Shown: positions 1 through 9,710 of the stretch, piece after piece
Numbering within the stretch: position 1 is the first letter of the stretch
Layout of the letters: every line of letters starts with the position of its first letter
Assembly: GCA_050294405.1 (NCBI GenBank)
Contig: JBNKOC010000016.1
Coordinates: 32,001-96,000 of the forward strand
DNA: 64,000 nucleotides
Direction of reading: 5' to 3'
Source of the DNA: Fibrobacteria bacterium
GTDB lineage: Bacteria; Fibrobacterota; Fibrobacteria; UBA11236; JADFYW01
Made by a program: the position numbers and the translations under genes
The notes under the pieces: generated by a model
The model's input: only the letters and a program-made list of their open reading frames with translations
Told to the model about the DNA's origin: nothing
The model's database searches: none

Positions 1-876
1 GGCATTAAACATGACCATTCCAAGCCCTGGGTAAGAAAAAACAATTTCAGTAATAAGGGCGCCGCCCACCATTACTCCCAGGGATAAGGCGAGGCCGGTT
101 AATTGGGGCAACATGGCGTTTTTAAAAATGTAGCCTAGAATTATAGGCTCCTTGGTACCAAGCTGCTTGGCATACTTAACATAGTCGGTGCCAAGTTCGT
201 ATATGGCCATGGAGCGCATCCCTATGGCCTGCCCGCCAATTAGAATCAAAAGCAGGCTAATAAAGGGCAGAGCAAAATGGTTCAAAACACTTCCGTAAAA
301 AGCCCAGGAGAAACTGGGCATAAGCCCCATATCATAAGCTCCCATCGCGGGGAAAAATTCGTTTTGAATGGAAAAATAAAATACCAGAACCATAGCAAAA
401 CAAAAGTAGGGGATGGAACTGAAAAACAGGGAAACAGGGTAAAATGCCTTATCAAAAATGCCTCGTTTGTAGGCGGCAAATGCACCGAGAATGTTACCGA
501 TGAACCAGCCGATTAAAATAGCTGGAACTTGCAGGGCAAGGGTCCAGGGCAGTCCAGCGAAAATAATTTCAGATACGCTTAAAGGGTGGTGGGTAAAAGA
601 AGTTCCCAGGTTTCCGGTTAATGTTTCCTTAACATAACTGAAAAATTGAATGGGCAGAGGCTTATCCAGGTTAAATTCCGCCATGTATTGGTTGTACAAC
701 TGCAAATATTCCTTGGAGTCCATCCCCGGAGAGCTCAACTTGATCATTATAGTGTCAATGGGGTTTGAAGGGCCCAGTCTGGGGAGGCTAAAGTTAAGTC
801 CGATGGCCACCAGGAAGGTCAGTGCGTACCAACCTCCTCGTTTTCCTAAATACTTTACAACAGGACTACTAAACAT
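1..876 (-). CDS. ABC transporter permease, OppB/DppB family (3' end runs off window; absent from ORF track)
   Basis: Manual translation from ATG at 876 gives MFSSPVVKYLGKRGGWYALTFLVAIGLNFSLPRLGPSNPID...FNLDKPLPIQFFSYVKETLTGNLGTSF...LPWTLAL, a typical OppB N-terminus. Lies 14 nt downstream of the binding-protein gene. Confidence 0.9.
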   Translation of the reverse strand, partial: MFSSPVVKYLGKRGGWYALTFLVAIGLNFSLPRLGPSNPIDTIMIKLSSPGMDSKEYLQLYNQYMAEFNLDKPLPIQFFSYVKETLTGNLGTSFTHHPLSVSEIIFAGLPWTLALQVPAILIGWFIGNILGAFAAYKRGIFDKAFYPVSLFFSSIPYFCFAMVLVFYFSIQNEFFPAMGAYDMGLMPSFSWAFYGSVLNHFALPFISLLLILIGGQAIGMRSMAIYELGTDYVKYAKQLGTKEPIILGYIFKNAMLPQLTGLALSLGVMVGGALITEIVFSYPGLGMVMFNA

Positions 877-890
877 AAACAGAACCCAGC

Positions 891-2675
891 TTATTTTGCC
901 GGTTTAATCCCCCAAAGGGCCTTTACGCCAGCGCCAACCATTGCTGCCTGCGGCGGAGCATATGGATTTTGTTCTGTGGGGAAGTTAGTCCAATGTTTGG
1001 TGCTGAATTGATACAGATGCCAGGGTCTGTACATTAGAGGAAGAACAGGCACTTCTTCCATAAAAAGACGATTAATAGCCCTATAGGCTTCGGCCTGCTT
1101 CTCTTCCTCGCTAGAAAGTTTTGGAATCACAGCCAATAGGCTATCGGCCTTGGGATTTTTATAACGCCCTTCGTTTTTATACATCACTTCGCCCACAGGT
1201 CTCCAGTCATTGCTGCTCATAACCTTTTCAAACCTGGACCAGGGAGAAGAAGGAGAAGCGTCAGGCTGAGGCGTGCGCATGGTAAAATCAAAAAGCCCAT
1301 TTTTCAAATCCTTATCCCAGATTGGGTATTCCACAAATTTTTCTCGGATATCCAGGCCAATTTCTCTAAGAGAAGAGACCACAATTTTTAAAGTGGATTC
1401 CCAATCAGACCAACCACTGGGGCAGGTGGCGAACATTTGGGGGATTTTGTTTCCGTTTTTATCTAGCAATAGGCCATCTGCGCCCCATTTATATCCAGCA
1501 TCGGCCAGAATCTTTTTGGATTTTTCGGGATCGTACATTTTACCGAATTTATCCGCATCTTCTTTTGAAAAGTATTTGGACTCCATTCCCTGTGGCAATA
1601 TTAAGCCAGGTTGTAAATCGGGAGTGTATCCATACATGGCCAGATTTTTTATTTGCTCATAGTTTATGCCGTGGGCCAAAGCTTGTCTAAAAGAAGGATC
1701 GTTTAAGGGCTCCTTATCCAGGCGCATCAACAAACATGGAATAATGCTGGGAATGTAATAGGGGCTTTCACTGTACCAGGTCCCAACTCCTTTGTTAAAG
1801 GAATTCCAGATTTGAGGGTAAAAGGTTTGGGACAAATCCAAATGGCCTTGCTTTAATGCCAGATTAAACTTGTCATTGCTCTTGTAGCCTGAATGGATGA
1901 TGTATTCAGGAGAAGGCAACTGCCCTTCGTACATTACTTTTCCCCAATAACTATCCACTCTTTTAATCACAATTTTTTGATCGGAATAGGTTTCCACTGT
2001 GTAAGGACCAGATCCCATGGGTTTGTCGTTTTTGAACTCCCGCAATTTGGAAAGGGCTTCTCCCTGAGGCAAATCTTTAACTTCCGCTTCCAGAGGTTCG
2101 AATACGGATTTGGGAATAATGGGGGTTGTGGAAATAATATCCTTCATAAGAAGGGGGTTGTAATTGTCTTTGCGCAAGGTGAATTTAATTTGAGTGGGGC
2201 TCACAGCAGCCACCTCTTGGATATAATTCCAATGGCTGTGAAAATTGGTGAGGTATTTTTTGTGCAAATTAAAAGTGTATTGTACGTCCTCTGAGCTAAG
2301 AGGAGTTCCATCCTGCCATTTTGCTTCGGGATTTAAATTTACAGTTAGGGTATATTTGTCCAGTGCATAGTCAGTGGCTAAAATTCCTTCTAAATCCCCA
2401 TCCAGTTGGTTAAAGCCAAAAAGAGCCTCATAAATCAAGTTCATGTTTCCCGTAATGGGCCAGGCCGGGCTACCATGAAGGGGGTTAAAGCTAGAAGGAG
2501 GGCCCCATTGGAAACCGCCTACATACAGGGTTTTTTCCCTGGGAAATTGGAGAGTTTCTTCGTCCCCAGCCCCGGATTCAGATTTTTCGGAGTCGCAGGC
2601 TGTTATAAAAAGGGCTGCTGCCATAGAAAGGCTGGCGAGTTTAATAAAATGGCTGAAAGTACTGTATTTTTTCAT
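891..2675 (-). CDS. ABC transporter substrate-binding lipoprotein, family 5 (OppA-like), probably cello-/manno-oligosaccharide binding
   Basis: Lipobox FITAC; LYVGGFQWGPPSSFNP, IYEALF, AKWQDGTPLSSEDVQYTF, GSGPY and CPSGWSDW resemble sugar-binding family 5 SBPs. Start placed at ATG 2675 (MKKYS) rather than 2696. Substrate inferred from neighbours. Confidence 0.85.
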   Translation of the reverse strand: MKKYSTFSHFIKLASLSMAAALFITACDSEKSESGAGDEETLQFPREKTLYVGGFQWGPPSSFNPLHGSPAWPITGNMNLIYEALFGFNQLDGDLEGILATDYALDKYTLTVNLNPEAKWQDGTPLSSEDVQYTFNLHKKYLTNFHSHWNYIQEVAAVSPTQIKFTLRKDNYNPLLMKDIISTTPIIPKSVFEPLEAEVKDLPQGEALSKLREFKNDKPMGSGPYTVETYSDQKIVIKRVDSYWGKVMYEGQLPSPEYIIHSGYKSNDKFNLALKQGHLDLSQTFYPQIWNSFNKGVGTWYSESPYYIPSIIPCLLMRLDKEPLNDPSFRQALAHGINYEQIKNLAMYGYTPDLQPGLILPQGMESKYFSKEDADKFGKMYDPEKSKKILADAGYKWGADGLLLDKNGNKIPQMFATCPSGWSDWESTLKIVVSSLREIGLDIREKFVEYPIWDKDLKNGLFDFTMRTPQPDASPSSPWSRFEKVMSSNDWRPVGEVMYKNEGRYKNPKADSLLAVIPKLSSEEEKQAEAYRAINRLFMEEVPVLPLMYRPWHLYQFSTKHWTNFPTEQNPYAPPQAAMVGAGVKALWGIKPAK

Positions 2676-2709
2676 ATTTCCCCAAAAAATTTCCAATTGA
2701 ATTACTGAC

Positions 2710-2738
2710 TTAGTGTAAAGGGCTGGGATTTAAGTTCA
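2710..2738 (-). promoter_or_regulatory. ECF-type promoter TGAACTT-N17-ACTAA upstream of the ABC operon
   Basis: Minus strand reads TGAACTTAAATCCCAGCCCTTTACACTAAG; the same bipartite motif recurs at five other gene starts. Confidence 0.7.
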
Positions 2739-3013
2739 ATAATGTCCCGAATTTCCCAGAATTTTGAACACAATTTATTTAAATGGCTATTCAATTCACA
2801 AATAAAATGGACAAAGTGCAGGCTATAAGCGGGTATTTTGTCGTAAATCCATTGCTAGCGGAAAACGAAAAAATTATATGAAAAATATCCAATAAGAGCT
2901 TAGATTTAAGTTGGAATCACTCGTAGGGGAATACCGGGCAGCCCCATTTTTCAATTATTTCAGATTGAACCAAATTCTGGGGAGATTGGTTCGGTTTTTG
3001 GGGAGGTAGCCAA

Positions 3014-4801
3014 ATGGCTAATTTTAATTTCGTGCGTTTTTTTGTATTTCTGTTGGGAATTGGGGGGCTTTTATGCCTAGAAGAAAGCTTTGCCCAAAGC
3101 AGCCAGGCCCACCCAAGTCTTGATATCCAGGACATAAGGCCCAATAATTTCGAGCCATTGGTAAGCGGTATGGATTTCTTGTCGAATGGAGATCTGGTAT
3201 TATCTACCTGGGAGGATTTTGCCTGGACTTCCGGAAAAGTCTTTATTTTAGAAAACCCTGGAACCGCTGGTTCCAGCGTTAAGGAATTTGCCAATGGCCT
3301 GGATAATGTGCTGGGTCTGACGGTAGTAGACGATGAAATTTACATCTTAGAACGCACACAGCTGTCCAAATTGGTGGATTCAGACAATAATGGAACAGCT
3401 GACCAAAAAGTAAAAATTTCGGGGGGCTGGTCTTTTAACCCTAACCCCGGTAAAAACCTGGATTTTGCCCTGGGACTTTTGGAGCGGGATGGTATTTTTT
3501 ACGGCGGTTTGGCTACGGCCTGGCCACTTACGGACCCTCAAGGACCCGAGCGTGGCTGCATGATAACCATGGAAGAGGGCCAGGATTATGAGTGTATCGC
3601 CGGGGGAGTGCGCACTCCCAATGGCCTTAGTTTTGGTCCCGAAGGCGAGCTTTTTGTGACGGACAACCAGGGAAATTATGTGCCTGGTTCTCGACTCAAT
3701 CATGTGAAAGACGGCCGGTTTTTTGGAGTTAAAAAGAATAATCAGGCAGGCCCGTTTGATAATACGCCCATGAGTCCGCCAGTGGTTTGGATGCCCCACC
3801 GGGATATTTCCGTTTCTCCTTCTCAACCTCTTTGGCTTACCAAAGGCGTGTACGCTGGCCAGTTTTTAATTGGCGACCAGGTTTTTGGCGGGATCCAACG
3901 GGCTTATGTGGAAAGGGTTAATGGAGAGTATCAGGGAGGCATTATCCGCTTTAGTGGCGGCATTGACGCCGGCCCAAATCGCATGATTGAAGGCCCGGAC
4001 GGCGACATTTATGTGGGCGGGATTGGTGTTCCCGCTGATGTTTGGTCTGGTTGGTGGTGGAACGGTACCACCTCCAGCTTGCAAAAAATACATGAAACCG
4101 AAGAGCTGACCTTTGATATTCTTGCCGTTAAAAGTGTTCAGGAGGGGTTTATTATCGAGTTTACGGATTCTTTATCTTCCTCTCAGCTGGGGGGAAACAA
4201 TGTTAGCGTCAGTAATTTTGAATACAACCCAGGCCCGGATTACGGCTGCTGCAAAGGTTCGGATATGCCCGTTAACCCCAGCTCGGTTCAAAAAGGGGAA
4301 AACGGCAAAAGTCTGCTGATAAACATAAACAACTTAAATGAGAACAGCGTGTATTCTTTTGAATTGAGCAACATTCAGTCAAAAAAGGGAGCCAGCCTTT
4401 GGCAATCAAAAACCTGGTATACTTTAAATCAAGTCGGCCCCGCGGATGTGGAAGGATGTATGGACTCCAATTATGTGGAATACAACCCTGAGGCTGTTTA
4501 TGATATGGGCTTTGCCTGTGTTGAGGAAAAAGAAGTGGGAATAAAACCAGGGTTCTCAGGCAAAAACAGCTTTGTCCGGGCGAACTTTCAATTTTCAAAT
4601 GAAGATAGAGAAATCAATATACCCTTTGCTTATCTGAACCAAAGCGGCTTCTACCTGGTAGATGTTAAGGGCAATAAATTGCAAGTTTTAAAAAATACAT
4701 CCAACATGTTCCAGGTTAAAGGAAACGTTCAAGCAGGATTGTATTTCATAATATCCGCGGATGCAGCTAATCTATCCCCCGGCAAAATTTTAATAAAGTA
4801 G
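3014..4801 (+). CDS. Secreted beta-propeller protein (glucose/sorbosone dehydrogenase-like, DUF7133-type) with C-terminal sorting domain
   Basis: Signal peptide; GMDFLSNGDL, AGGVRTPNGL, FVTDNQGNYVP, YAGQFLIGD and VERVNGEYQG; GCMDSNYVEYNPEA cysteine motif; CTD with DVKG..GLYFI. Confidence 0.65.
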   Translation: MANFNFVRFFVFLLGIGGLLCLEESFAQSSQAHPSLDIQDIRPNNFEPLVSGMDFLSNGDLVLSTWEDFAWTSGKVFILENPGTAGSSVKEFANGLDNVLGLTVVDDEIYILERTQLSKLVDSDNNGTADQKVKISGGWSFNPNPGKNLDFALGLLERDGIFYGGLATAWPLTDPQGPERGCMITMEEGQDYECIAGGVRTPNGLSFGPEGELFVTDNQGNYVPGSRLNHVKDGRFFGVKKNNQAGPFDNTPMSPPVVWMPHRDISVSPSQPLWLTKGVYAGQFLIGDQVFGGIQRAYVERVNGEYQGGIIRFSGGIDAGPNRMIEGPDGDIYVGGIGVPADVWSGWWWNGTTSSLQKIHETEELTFDILAVKSVQEGFIIEFTDSLSSSQLGGNNVSVSNFEYNPGPDYGCCKGSDMPVNPSSVQKGENGKSLLININNLNENSVYSFELSNIQSKKGASLWQSKTWYTLNQVGPADVEGCMDSNYVEYNPEAVYDMGFACVEEKEVGIKPGFSGKNSFVRANFQFSNEDREINIPFAYLNQSGFYLVDVKGNKLQVLKNTSNMFQVKGNVQAGLYFIISADAANLSPGKILIK

Positions 4802-4806
4802 GATTC

Positions 4807-6096
4807 ATGTTCCATAAATATTTTTTAACCCTTTTGTTAATGCTGGGTGGGAGTTTGTCCGTTGCCCAAATTTCAGATGAAAAAAACGATTCGGGTTGGG
4901 TTTCTCTTTTTAACGGAGAAGATTTATCCGGCCTTGTTATTGATATAGAAACATCCCAGTCGAATAACCCCGATCCCACGGGAGCCATTTCTGTTCACGA
5001 TGGCATGATACATTTTTATCAGGATCATGGCCCCGGTAGCCAATCCCCCTATGGGGTGGTGAAAACCGATAGGGAGTATTCCAACTATCGCGCCAGAGTA
5101 ACTTTCCAACATGGCGAAATTCGCTTGCGTGGAGACCCCAATAATTCCGGGCTTTTTTACCATGTTAAGGATGGTCCGGCAGTTTGGCCGCCCAGCATCG
5201 AATGCCAATTAAAACGCCACTGGAACAGTATTCAAAACAGGCCTTGCTCTGTGGAAGCGGGGGATTGTAATGAAATTTGGGCTGCAGATTTCTGGATTTT
5301 AGGAGGTGCTCAAATCACCAACCGCTACGGCGATAAAACCGCTTTGGGAGGCTGCTGCAACCCTGCTCTGGTCAATCGAAATGAGTTTCCCGATTATGAA
5401 AAAGAGGGTTGGAACTTAATGGAAATTGAAGTGTATCACGACTCTATTTTCTATAACATATTTAATGGAAATACCATAAATTGGGGTAGCCAATCTACCT
5501 ACGATAACGGGGGGCAAAGGGTTCCCTTGACAGAAGGGGCTATCGCTCTTGAGCTGGAAGGTGGAGAAATCATGTTTAAGGATTTTGAAATCATTGATTT
5601 TGACCGAACTCTAACCATAACATCTCCAATCAGTTCTCAGGAACTGGCCCCTGGAGACAGTCTGGAAATTACATGGGAGACCGAAGGCGCCGTGGGCAGG
5701 GTCTTTTTGGAATATAAAATTGGAGAGGGCGACTGGACTTTGATTCAAAAAAATATTGATGGCCAAACCAGTTATAAATGGGAAATTCCTGATGTTAATA
5801 CAGACGACTCTCTTGATATTCGGGTGGGTCACGGGGATAAATACGGAGAATCGCCGGTAATGCATAAAATTTCGGGAAGCTCTTCTGTAAAAAATCCAAT
5901 AAACTTGAAAAAAGAATTTGGTTGGGAAGAAATACGGAGTATGGCGGAAAAGTCTCCTCTAAACATCACTGTGCGAAACCTCAAGGGAAAGCTGGTATGG
6001 AAAGGGTTGCTTAATGCTGAAAATATTGCAGAAGTTTCAAATAAATGGAATGCTTATGCGCCTTCCGCCCTTCATTTTCAATTGGACGGTCTGTAA
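4807..6096 (+). CDS. Secreted DUF1080 (3-keto-disaccharide hydrolase-like) protein with Ig-like and C-terminal domains
   Basis: GWVSLFNGEDLSG, TDREYSNY, NNSGLFY, WPPSIECQL, GWNLMEIEV and EGAIALELEGGEIMFKDFEI are DUF1080 hallmarks. Confidence 0.8.
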   Translation: MFHKYFLTLLLMLGGSLSVAQISDEKNDSGWVSLFNGEDLSGLVIDIETSQSNNPDPTGAISVHDGMIHFYQDHGPGSQSPYGVVKTDREYSNYRARVTFQHGEIRLRGDPNNSGLFYHVKDGPAVWPPSIECQLKRHWNSIQNRPCSVEAGDCNEIWAADFWILGGAQITNRYGDKTALGGCCNPALVNRNEFPDYEKEGWNLMEIEVYHDSIFYNIFNGNTINWGSQSTYDNGGQRVPLTEGAIALELEGGEIMFKDFEIIDFDRTLTITSPISSQELAPGDSLEITWETEGAVGRVFLEYKIGEGDWTLIQKNIDGQTSYKWEIPDVNTDDSLDIRVGHGDKYGESPVMHKISGSSSVKNPINLKKEFGWEEIRSMAEKSPLNITVRNLKGKLVWKGLLNAENIAEVSNKWNAYAPSALHFQLDGL

Positions 6097-6136
6097 AATC
6101 CCTATTTGGGGCGCACAGAGCCCAAAACAAATTTCA

Positions 6137-6165
6137 CAAACTAGTTAATCAATATTACCCACTAA
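6137..6165 (+). promoter_or_regulatory. ECF-type promoter variant CAAACTA-N17-ACTAA upstream of GH26
   Basis: CAAACTAGTTAATCAATATTACCCACTAAG: same -10 and spacing as the other copies, but AAAC instead of GAAC at -35. Confidence 0.5.
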
Positions 6166-6213
6166 GTTAAGAGGAGCTAAAGGCTCCTTGTTCTTGTTTG
6201 GTAAAAGAGTCAG

Positions 6214-8025
6214 GTGGATATGATCTTCGGGAAAGATAAAAAAAACGGGACCCAATTTAGCAGCCGGATAATAAAGCAGTCTATAACATATGCATTGTTT
6301 TTGGCTTTGGGATTTGCGAATGCCCAAATCTTTGAAGCGGAAGATGCCATTGTAGACGAAAATAGCGTTAATCTGGTGGAGCAAGCTAATGTATCGGGTG
6401 GCAGCTATGTGGAAATGAAAGAGGGTGACCTTTCTTTTACTGTTAATGTTAATGAAGAGGGTTTTTACGCCATTTGGGCCAATTACGCACAAGCCTATGA
6501 TGAGGGCGGTAAAATTCAGAATCTTTCGGTAAACGGTTCCTCGGCCGGGCAAATATCTTTTCCTTACAGTGAAGAGTTTGTAAAAATAAAAGCTTCAGCC
6601 AAAGTAAAACTTTCTGCGGGCGAAAATACCATTGGCATTGTTAAATCCTGGGGTTGGGTGGATTTGGACTACATTGAACTAACGCCCTATGTGGAAACTC
6701 CATTTAGCATTTCTGGCGCTTTGGTGACTCCGGACGCCTCTGAAAATGCCAAAAAATTATATGGTTTTCTCCGGGAAAATTTTCGCCAAAAAGTGGTGAG
6801 CGGGGTGATGACGAACACTGTGATGTTAACGGATGGAAAATACACTCCAAATACTGTGGAAAACCAGGAAGAGGTGGCCTGGATAATAAATGCCTCGGGC
6901 AAGACTCCGGCTTTGCTTGGTCTGGATATGTTCCACGCCACTGGCTTGAACTCCGATGGGGAATGGTACCAGGGTTATACGAATGCCACACTCGCTCTGG
7001 CGGAAGATATATGGAATAAGGGAGGAATTCCGGTTTATTGCTGGCATTGGAAAGACCCAAGCCATGTGGTGGAGGCCTTTTATACGGAATCCTCCAACAA
7101 CGTGCCTTTTACCACATTTAATTTAAATGACGCATTCAGCGATACATTGAACTATACATCCTTTAACACAAGCAGCCAGGAATACCAGTGGATTGTTCGG
7201 GATATTGATATTGTTTCAGAAAAATTGTTGGAGTTAAAAAATAAAGATGTCCCCATGTTGTGGAGACCCTTACATGAGGCTTCAGGCGGCTGGTTTTGGT
7301 GGGGAGAAAAAAGCCCTGGAGCGGCCGCTGCTTTGTTTCGCCTTATGTGGGATAGAATGGTGAATCATCACGGATTAAATAATCTAATCTGGGTCTGGAC
7401 CACGGATGAAGCCGGGGATGCTTTGGAATGGTATCCGGGAGATGCTTATGTGGATATTGTGGGGCGTGATTATTATTACTATCCCCGAGAGGCCAACCAT
7501 GGTTCCCTTGTGGCTTCCTTTGAAAAAGTAAAGGAAATTTTCGAAGGTAAAAAAATAATTGCCCTAACGGAGAACGGTTCTATCCCTCATCCGGATAGCA
7601 TGTTATCCGATGGGGCTGGTTGGTCCTATTTTATGCCCTGGTATGGCGAATACACCATGGACGGCTGGGCTCATGACAATACCGCCGAAGACTGGAACCA
7701 AATCCTGAACCATGATTTTGTGTTAACTCTGGATGAAATGCCTGGATGGGATAATTACATACCTACATCTATAAGTGATTTTTTTGAGGAGCAAAGTGGT
7801 TTAAAAGGTTTCTTTTCTTTGGGCGCTTTTCATTTGAAGATGTCCCGGTCGCAAGATGTTAGTATTCACATGGTGGATGTAAATGGGCGAGTGTTAAAAA
7901 AAATATTTTCGGGAGTTTTGGCCTCTGGTGAACATCATTTTTCCACAGCTTGGGGGAATGGTTTGCAAATAATCAGAATAACCTCACGATGGGGAACTGA
8001 ATATTTTAAACATGTGAACTTGTAA
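6214..8025 (+). CDS. GH26 endo-beta-1,4-mannanase with N-terminal CBM35 and C-terminal sorting domain
   Basis: IFEAEDA...WGWVDLDYIEL (CBM35); WRPLHEASGGWFWWG (acid/base Glu), WYPGDAYVDIVGRDYY and ALTENG (nucleophile). Start codon uncertain by a few codons. Confidence 0.92.
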   Translation: MDMIFGKDKKNGTQFSSRIIKQSITYALFLALGFANAQIFEAEDAIVDENSVNLVEQANVSGGSYVEMKEGDLSFTVNVNEEGFYAIWANYAQAYDEGGKIQNLSVNGSSAGQISFPYSEEFVKIKASAKVKLSAGENTIGIVKSWGWVDLDYIELTPYVETPFSISGALVTPDASENAKKLYGFLRENFRQKVVSGVMTNTVMLTDGKYTPNTVENQEEVAWIINASGKTPALLGLDMFHATGLNSDGEWYQGYTNATLALAEDIWNKGGIPVYCWHWKDPSHVVEAFYTESSNNVPFTTFNLNDAFSDTLNYTSFNTSSQEYQWIVRDIDIVSEKLLELKNKDVPMLWRPLHEASGGWFWWGEKSPGAAAALFRLMWDRMVNHHGLNNLIWVWTTDEAGDALEWYPGDAYVDIVGRDYYYYPREANHGSLVASFEKVKEIFEGKKIIALTENGSIPHPDSMLSDGAGWSYFMPWYGEYTMDGWAHDNTAEDWNQILNHDFVLTLDEMPGWDNYIPTSISDFFEEQSGLKGFFSLGAFHLKMSRSQDVSIHMVDVNGRVLKKIFSGVLASGEHHFSTAWGNGLQIIRITSRWGTEYFKHVNL

Positions 8026-8028
8026 TGT

Positions 8029-8739
8029 TTATGGGCTCCAAACCCCTTTGACGCGATATTTTCCCGATTTGAGAAATTGAGCGAAAACTTTTTTATCCCG
8101 CTTTACAATTTTGACACTTCCCCCGGCTGAGGACCATTCTTCTTTTGTAAAAGCTCCATCCAGCTTTAGCCACAGGGATTTGCTTTTGGGTAAATCTGAA
8201 ATTTCAAAGGTTAGAAACAGGGAAGGGGCGCCGTAGTGGGCATCGTAATGGGCGTATTCTTTAATTTGAATTTTTTTTCCATTAGAACTCAATAGGTTAA
8301 AATTGATTTTGGCCGCTTCCATATCATTGGCGTAGCTTATAAATTGGGGGGTTAAGTTTTCGGAAACTTTTTCATGGCGCAGCTCCCAAATTTGCGGGTT
8401 GTATTTTCTGTGGTAAATGGCCCCAGAGGGATAAAAGACTTTATTGGATATGCTTTGCTGGTCGGGTATGTTTTCCCAAACTGAAATTAAGGCGCATTTA
8501 CTTTTGGAATAAATGAGGGTCATTTTAGGATTAATTGGCATTAATATGGCATCCGAAATCTCCTCAAAAACTCCCTCCTGGCTGCTGGGAACAAAACTGG
8601 ATGGGCCGAATTCAAAGGCCTGGGATGAAGGAAAAATGAAAAAAACGCTAAAAAGGGCTAATAAAACGGACAAAGACATTTTTCCAAAATAACAAATAGG
8701 AGGGAGGCTGGCTTTAGTTTCTTTGGTGATTTTGTACAC
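8029..8739 (-). CDS. Hypothetical exported protein
   Basis: 236-aa ORF with a signal-peptide-like stretch (MSLSVLLALFSVFFIFPSSQA; real start probably 8679). No family recognised. Confidence 0.6.
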   Translation of the reverse strand: MYKITKETKASLPPICYFGKMSLSVLLALFSVFFIFPSSQAFEFGPSSFVPSSQEGVFEEISDAILMPINPKMTLIYSKSKCALISVWENIPDQQSISNKVFYPSGAIYHRKYNPQIWELRHEKVSENLTPQFISYANDMEAAKINFNLLSSNGKKIQIKEYAHYDAHYGAPSLFLTFEISDLPKSKSLWLKLDGAFTKEEWSSAGGSVKIVKRDKKVFAQFLKSGKYRVKGVWSP

Positions 8740-8870
8740 AAAAAAATTAAAATAGTTGTTTTAAATTTATAGCCATTCTTACGGGTGTATAAAAATTGGC
8801 TATAATATTGTAAAAATGAGTTGATTTTTTGAGGCTTTCAGCTAAATTGTACACTATAAAGGTTTATATT

Positions 8871-9710
8871 TTGAAAAAAATTTATAGTTATGACAATTAT
8901 CGCAGGTATTTAAGCGATATGTTTAAAGAGAAAAAGGACAAAGAGGGGTACACCTATAGGGATTTTTCTAAGTCTCTGGGGGTGAACAGCCCATCTTGGC
9001 TTCCTCAGGTCATAAAAGGCGAGCGAAATTTAACACCCCGTTCTACCGAGCGGGTAGCCAATGCATTTCATTTGAGTAAAAGAGAACGCAGTTTTTTTGA
9101 ATATTTGGTGGGCTTTACTCAGGCCAAAGATTCTAAAACCAAAGATGAAATGTACCGTAAAATGCTGGGGCTAAAAAAACAGCTCCGTCTTAATAAGCTG
9201 GAAGAAAACCAGTACCAGCTTTATACGAAATGGTATTTCCCTGTCATACGATCTCTGGTTTCAAAAATCGATTTTGGAAACGATTATAAATTGCTGGGAA
9301 ATGCAGTTAACCCTAAAATTTCGGCACTAGAAGCCAAACAAGCGGTAAAACTTCTGGAAAAATCCGGGTTTATTAAAAAAGACCCAAGTGGTCGTTGGGC
9401 CCAGGTTACCAACATGTTGAGTACGGGTGATGAAGTGGATTCTTTGAATGTTATAAACTTTCACAAATCCATGTCTAAAATCGCCATTGAGGCCTTTGAT
9501 AATACTCCAAAAATAGAGCGGGATATATCTTCTCTTACCATTGGCATTAACCGAAAAGATTTTAACCTCATTAAAACAGAACTTCAGGAATTTCGCAAAA
9601 AAATTCTCTCCATTGCTCAAAGCTCTGAGCCTGCAGATTCTGTTTACCAGGTAAACCTCCAACTATTTCCCCTCACAAAAAACCAATACAAGGCAGGTGG
9701 GGATGTTTAG
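8871..9710 (+). CDS. TIGR02147 family protein (N-terminal HTH + DUF4423)
   Basis: IYSYDNYRRYL, TYRDFSKSLGVNSPSWL..VIKGERNL, KWYFPVIRSL, ERDISSLTIGI and VYQVNLQLFPL. Start set at TTG 8871. Confidence 0.88.
   Translation: MKKIYSYDNYRRYLSDMFKEKKDKEGYTYRDFSKSLGVNSPSWLPQVIKGERNLTPRSTERVANAFHLSKRERSFFEYLVGFTQAKDSKTKDEMYRKMLGLKKQLRLNKLEENQYQLYTKWYFPVIRSLVSKIDFGNDYKLLGNAVNPKISALEAKQAVKLLEKSGFIKKDPSGRWAQVTNMLSTGDEVDSLNVINFHKSMSKIAIEAFDNTPKIERDISSLTIGINRKDFNLIKTELQEFRKKILSIAQSSEPADSVYQVNLQLFPLTKNQYKAGGDV

Noticed and set aside
277..907. Short ORFs 277..516, 282..485, 650..907 and the other short antisense or nested ORFs in the track
   Set aside because: Shadow frames of well-supported genes (here the OppB-like permease).
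6105..6190. Hairpins upstream of GH26 (e.g. GGAGC-TAAAG-GCTCC) as a riboswitch
   Set aside because: Short stems without the conserved core of any riboswitch I recognise.
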